DNA of 27,306 nt. It comes from an uncultured virus (IMG/VR IMGVR_UViG_3300007344_000002). Taxonomy: Duplodnaviria; Heunggongvirae; Uroviricota; Caudoviricetes. Below, one piece after another: positions 26,501-27,306 of this stretch. The notes below the pieces were generated by a model. The model did no database searches. It was not told the DNA's origin and saw nothing but the letters and a program-made list of their open reading frames with translations. The position numbers were made by a program, and so were the translations under genes. The DNA lies in IMG/VR virus record IMGVR_UViG_3300007344_000002. The stretch is one strand, 5' to 3'. Within the stretch, counting starts at the first letter, position 1. Each line of letters opens with the position of its first letter.

Positions 26501-27028
26501 CTAGAAGTCAACGACGATAGTTTGTCTACTCAAGAAGAGGTAGATAGTAGAGCATATAATCTATTAAAATTACATTCTAGTTCTAACAAGAAGGTTTCCT
26601 TAGAACTAGGACATAGGAGTTTAGGGCAAATAAGGCCCTCGGATATTATTGAACTCGAACTATTACAAGAAGGTATTACTTCTTCTAAATATGTCATTTT
26701 AGAAATGGAACATACTCAAATAGGTACTATCAAATTAGAACTTGGTAAATTCACTAAGGGCTTAACTGATAGGTTTGCTGAAATCTTGAAAAATAATAAA
26801 AAGATAGAGGCAAATGCAAGAAGTGAGGCTTTCAACAATGTCCGTACTTCTAGGGACTATTTTGGAAAAATAGGCATCACTGAAAGAAAGTTAATCGTCA
26901 AGAAGAGAGCCAACGCAAGCGCAAACTCTTTCAATCTTGGGTTTGAGCAGACTCTAGGCTTCGCCCTACCTTTGGGCCTATCAACTGGTGGAAATACGCT
27001 TACAACTATATTGGAGGAAGAATTTTGA
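20549..27028 (+). CDS. giant tail tip/baseplate hub and adhesin protein (2159 aa)
   Basis: Hub-like segments RFNGEIEQIEI...MTISGRD (about 22250-22330) and C-terminal FYNEVRVY...SISKRGRKVLEVND...IRPSDIIEL...YVILEMEH...LELG. The intervening regions are S/T-rich beta sequence. Confidence 0.75.
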   Translation: MTAVYVMRKGTTINPTVVATLANAGNNVNFDCPTNPIIHDTATCTDTHRMFTYISTDDSNNDTFIQQLQGSDSAGTQYSNLENTEGYKIKCYDSISGEGIRLNSTASDHNYYVLINSDNGLTHHFARITQFTTDDVSGDSFEFEPRLGSSITKNTKFMVFKGDDEDESTIVAVSSGILATEITAGSTTYRMNKSLLCSKPLFYFHNSRLDKKNQLDHNKKYYVKYASSQMSSATINSFTTNTFITSQDYGFLIKDYSKFNIKTTLVDNLKTLDDPTNTNSYNSTKQTSNEGLTLANNDFTDYDESFYNARRDDDNVKSALNLVGPYRYLHYGYSPETANEAPMVLSTNLKESYGRRGGYAESKIVDTSRIMSSKVGEFEAFRVRQQQHRGEFFEWFPLKATVKANVTGNEYTFTTEEGYDLANLLSANDEVLVGSRVVRLASSSPIDSFNTSAFTQDITFTSSSRLDTESSFSTSSYTLSAGDRLYRRAFSSSKNNLLTTFPFVEGRESQLRIVFLDKNYAGLEATVTGSSKDQKYLTLSFTNAEVRKSSTAFTSLEYISGQYIIEVERFNGEIEQIEIDKNMGMSTMTISGRDNYSKLISPIVNRNSNFSEDVIYSTMSPHNKLELVGVLDSGNDLNFNSKTFDLTSSITVNSLANTKLFVKYTNGVVAYIGEGASNTTTRITLKNLPLTEAYGTSTHNEVQLWKEIETNYILNKALSSNNKLPTFATSLGGNSDKGLLFSSGEKLDGTLLSGSTTSRTSGVDSNAVGFHIQHPTSIGKEEAFQAKLSDGGTNYETFETVNTLIDFTVLNTSTVDGKTTIELAPYLPVTLGRVDHNDYDTYDVTLTTIGTTTGSDGGFDIDGKKYLDITPSNTSTIKAVADVGLPIYLSSIFVGYCTQVVCYNTVSSGADTWRVFLDRPVNNFSSGETISTLGFTTAVNNQYSGKNTHNLYLVNGEHLHGGKMVTLLNSLYGVEAGVAYSADDMQKPTYYNYIRPTTALSHELVGTYIEKYGVPLYKINHIEKGIFNRKTQAIASDYHTTDASPTEKEEVGRASDANYYDGSSSVQYYASAYKMNQGRSSTALEKIPSRFRETSHLHLPVEERGYFPASGSLFWDYIIHEASHTRDKVLTSHDPTLGGRVKSNFYIKDFLEQLDPKTARLFLFATSDLLPYSSLRDDSLFYSNRDLKNFSLYLLNKPTEDTTSDKHSKYGGAGKAKKYLDSDYDTAAILEYDVEDITKMTTFGLMRLTEVLFDSNMNQINPEHLPDKKKTMRVFNYHYYEFTDLGTTFGFRDSDDAILTTSDVSSSLSANDIICDSDGNMIGEVSSVSTTTITLKNLYHGDSTRKIVKTTSSGGIATGNLFKAVKHQAAFSGHGDAQNVNKLDGSIQPLVALFHGGNYSSDAFTDEAGQAFNVGSTSAGHESHLALPMVITNITFDSEQHNGHSSLLLKQYNDLKLHTNSPATAASFLKSGLVGMVLDRFDISGGDTLSSAGTVMPPINNSHLREYSATGKNFTIINYGMATRPNRFATTKLDNNGGGLAASSDVTTDAEGIYLGFKLRVKLPAKESTNPRGPSGTTHYKYILNSSTYPYLDYVKDLTGCYLASEAGTEYATGTAVAQPAIDADTQQHSMQNVSPTFLGYVVSHEIDSGNSTKRHVLILDQQLTAGYYRVMQPNETCTYEYTPSRIKLNTLSSEYTKMPYKDETYSATQDYHIRVESSHDRSLNGSFENVGHNEGVLSMYCTVDLDGKIASGTTEHIVSRSPLLALYQFADMTTKKAEIPSTLCVSDGNTTFKTSTEIDWLGTGDGETIGRGLTITFGEHKLTKGVVSVSDTITITTNKNLKGKPIRAVIGSGVTIGEETETLINNLFEENDIEFTTGYTDDYPLVVAPNLKGVDLFSAINYLIEKKNKQLIYDNDKFSIKDQKDSAFSPKIKITDMNNDLQIINFSQSDVLFDFYNEVRVYSKDKIAIRKNGTSISKRGRKVLEVNDDSLSTQEEVDSRAYNLLKLHSSSNKKVSLELGHRSLGQIRPSDIIELELLQEGITSSKYVILEMEHTQIGTIKLELGKFTKGLTDRFAEILKNNKKIEANARSEAFNNVRTSRDYFGKIGITERKLIVKKRANASANSFNLGFEQTLGFALPLGLSTGGNTLTTILEEEF

Positions 27029-27306
27029 TAGTAGATTCTGTTAGAGAGAGCCTTGCCTTGCATTTGAAAACTGTATTTACAAAGGCTAGGGTGGGGGTAG
27101 GAGGTAATGCTACTGACCCCTCGGCAACTAATTTAGATGTACCCATACACAGCATATCAGCCTCTTCCTCTACTAGTGAAGGGAATGTCATAGATTTCAA
27201 ATTCACTCTTTTGGGTTCTTCTGTCGCAGGGTACACAATAAGAGAAATAGGTATTTTTAATAAAGCATATGACAATGTGGCGGAAACTTCGATAGCAGAA
27301 TACACT
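27025..27306 (+). CDS. 3'-truncated tail fibre/collar-type protein (not in ORF track)
   Basis: TTG 27025 overlaps the upstream TGA, after GGAGG. Hand translation: MIVDSVRESLALHLKTVFTKARVGVGGNATDPSATNLDVP...GYTIREIGIFN..., open to the window end. The G-x-G...P and TIREIGIF motifs resemble tail-collar/fibre N-terminal domains. Confidence 0.65.
   Translation, partial: MIVDSVRESLALHLKTVFTKARVGVGGNATDPSATNLDVPIHSISASSSTSEGNVIDFKFTLLGSSVAGYTIREIGIFNKAYDNVAETSIAEYT

Noticed and set aside
1295..27305. Numerous minus-strand ORFs of 60-157 aa in the track
   Set aside because: All lie antisense to long, motif-bearing + strand genes and show no recognisable motifs; they are best explained as shadow ORFs.
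27006..27305. Minus-strand 99-aa ORF at the window end
   Set aside because: The + strand frame from TTG 27025 has an SD, overlaps the upstream stop and encodes a tail-fibre-like sequence, so it is the better call.

Overview
All credible genes lie on the + strand and form the virion morphogenesis region of a tailed dsDNA virus (Caudoviricetes, HK97-type capsid, probably non-contractile tail). The host is probably an archaeon: most genes have a GAGGTGA/GGTGA Shine-Dalgarno, many start at TTG or GTG, and the gene set resembles halovirus/magrovirus (Poseidoniales virus) structural modules. That host call is inference. Gene order: two small head-region ORFs; a 975-aa multidomain ATP-dependent DNA ligase; prohead protease with a nested scaffold; major capsid protein; small head proteins; a block of two membrane proteins, an Arf-like small GTPase, a zincin, a Zn-finger protein and a WW-like protein; head-tail adaptor; tail terminator; tail tube; an AT-hook microprotein; tail chaperones with a -1 frameshift; tape measure; distal tail; LamG protein; a 2159-aa hub/adhesin; and a truncated tail-fibre/collar gene. 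Two observations stand out. (1) A W-x-[DN]-I-x-K peptide ends the scaffold and one other head-region protein, and recurs as an N-terminal leader (MWKDILK, MWKNILK) on two unrelated inserted genes, suggesting a capsid cargo-loading tag. (2) A viral Arf-like GTPase sits next to membrane proteins. I saw no tRNA, rRNA, CRISPR array, integrase or transposase.
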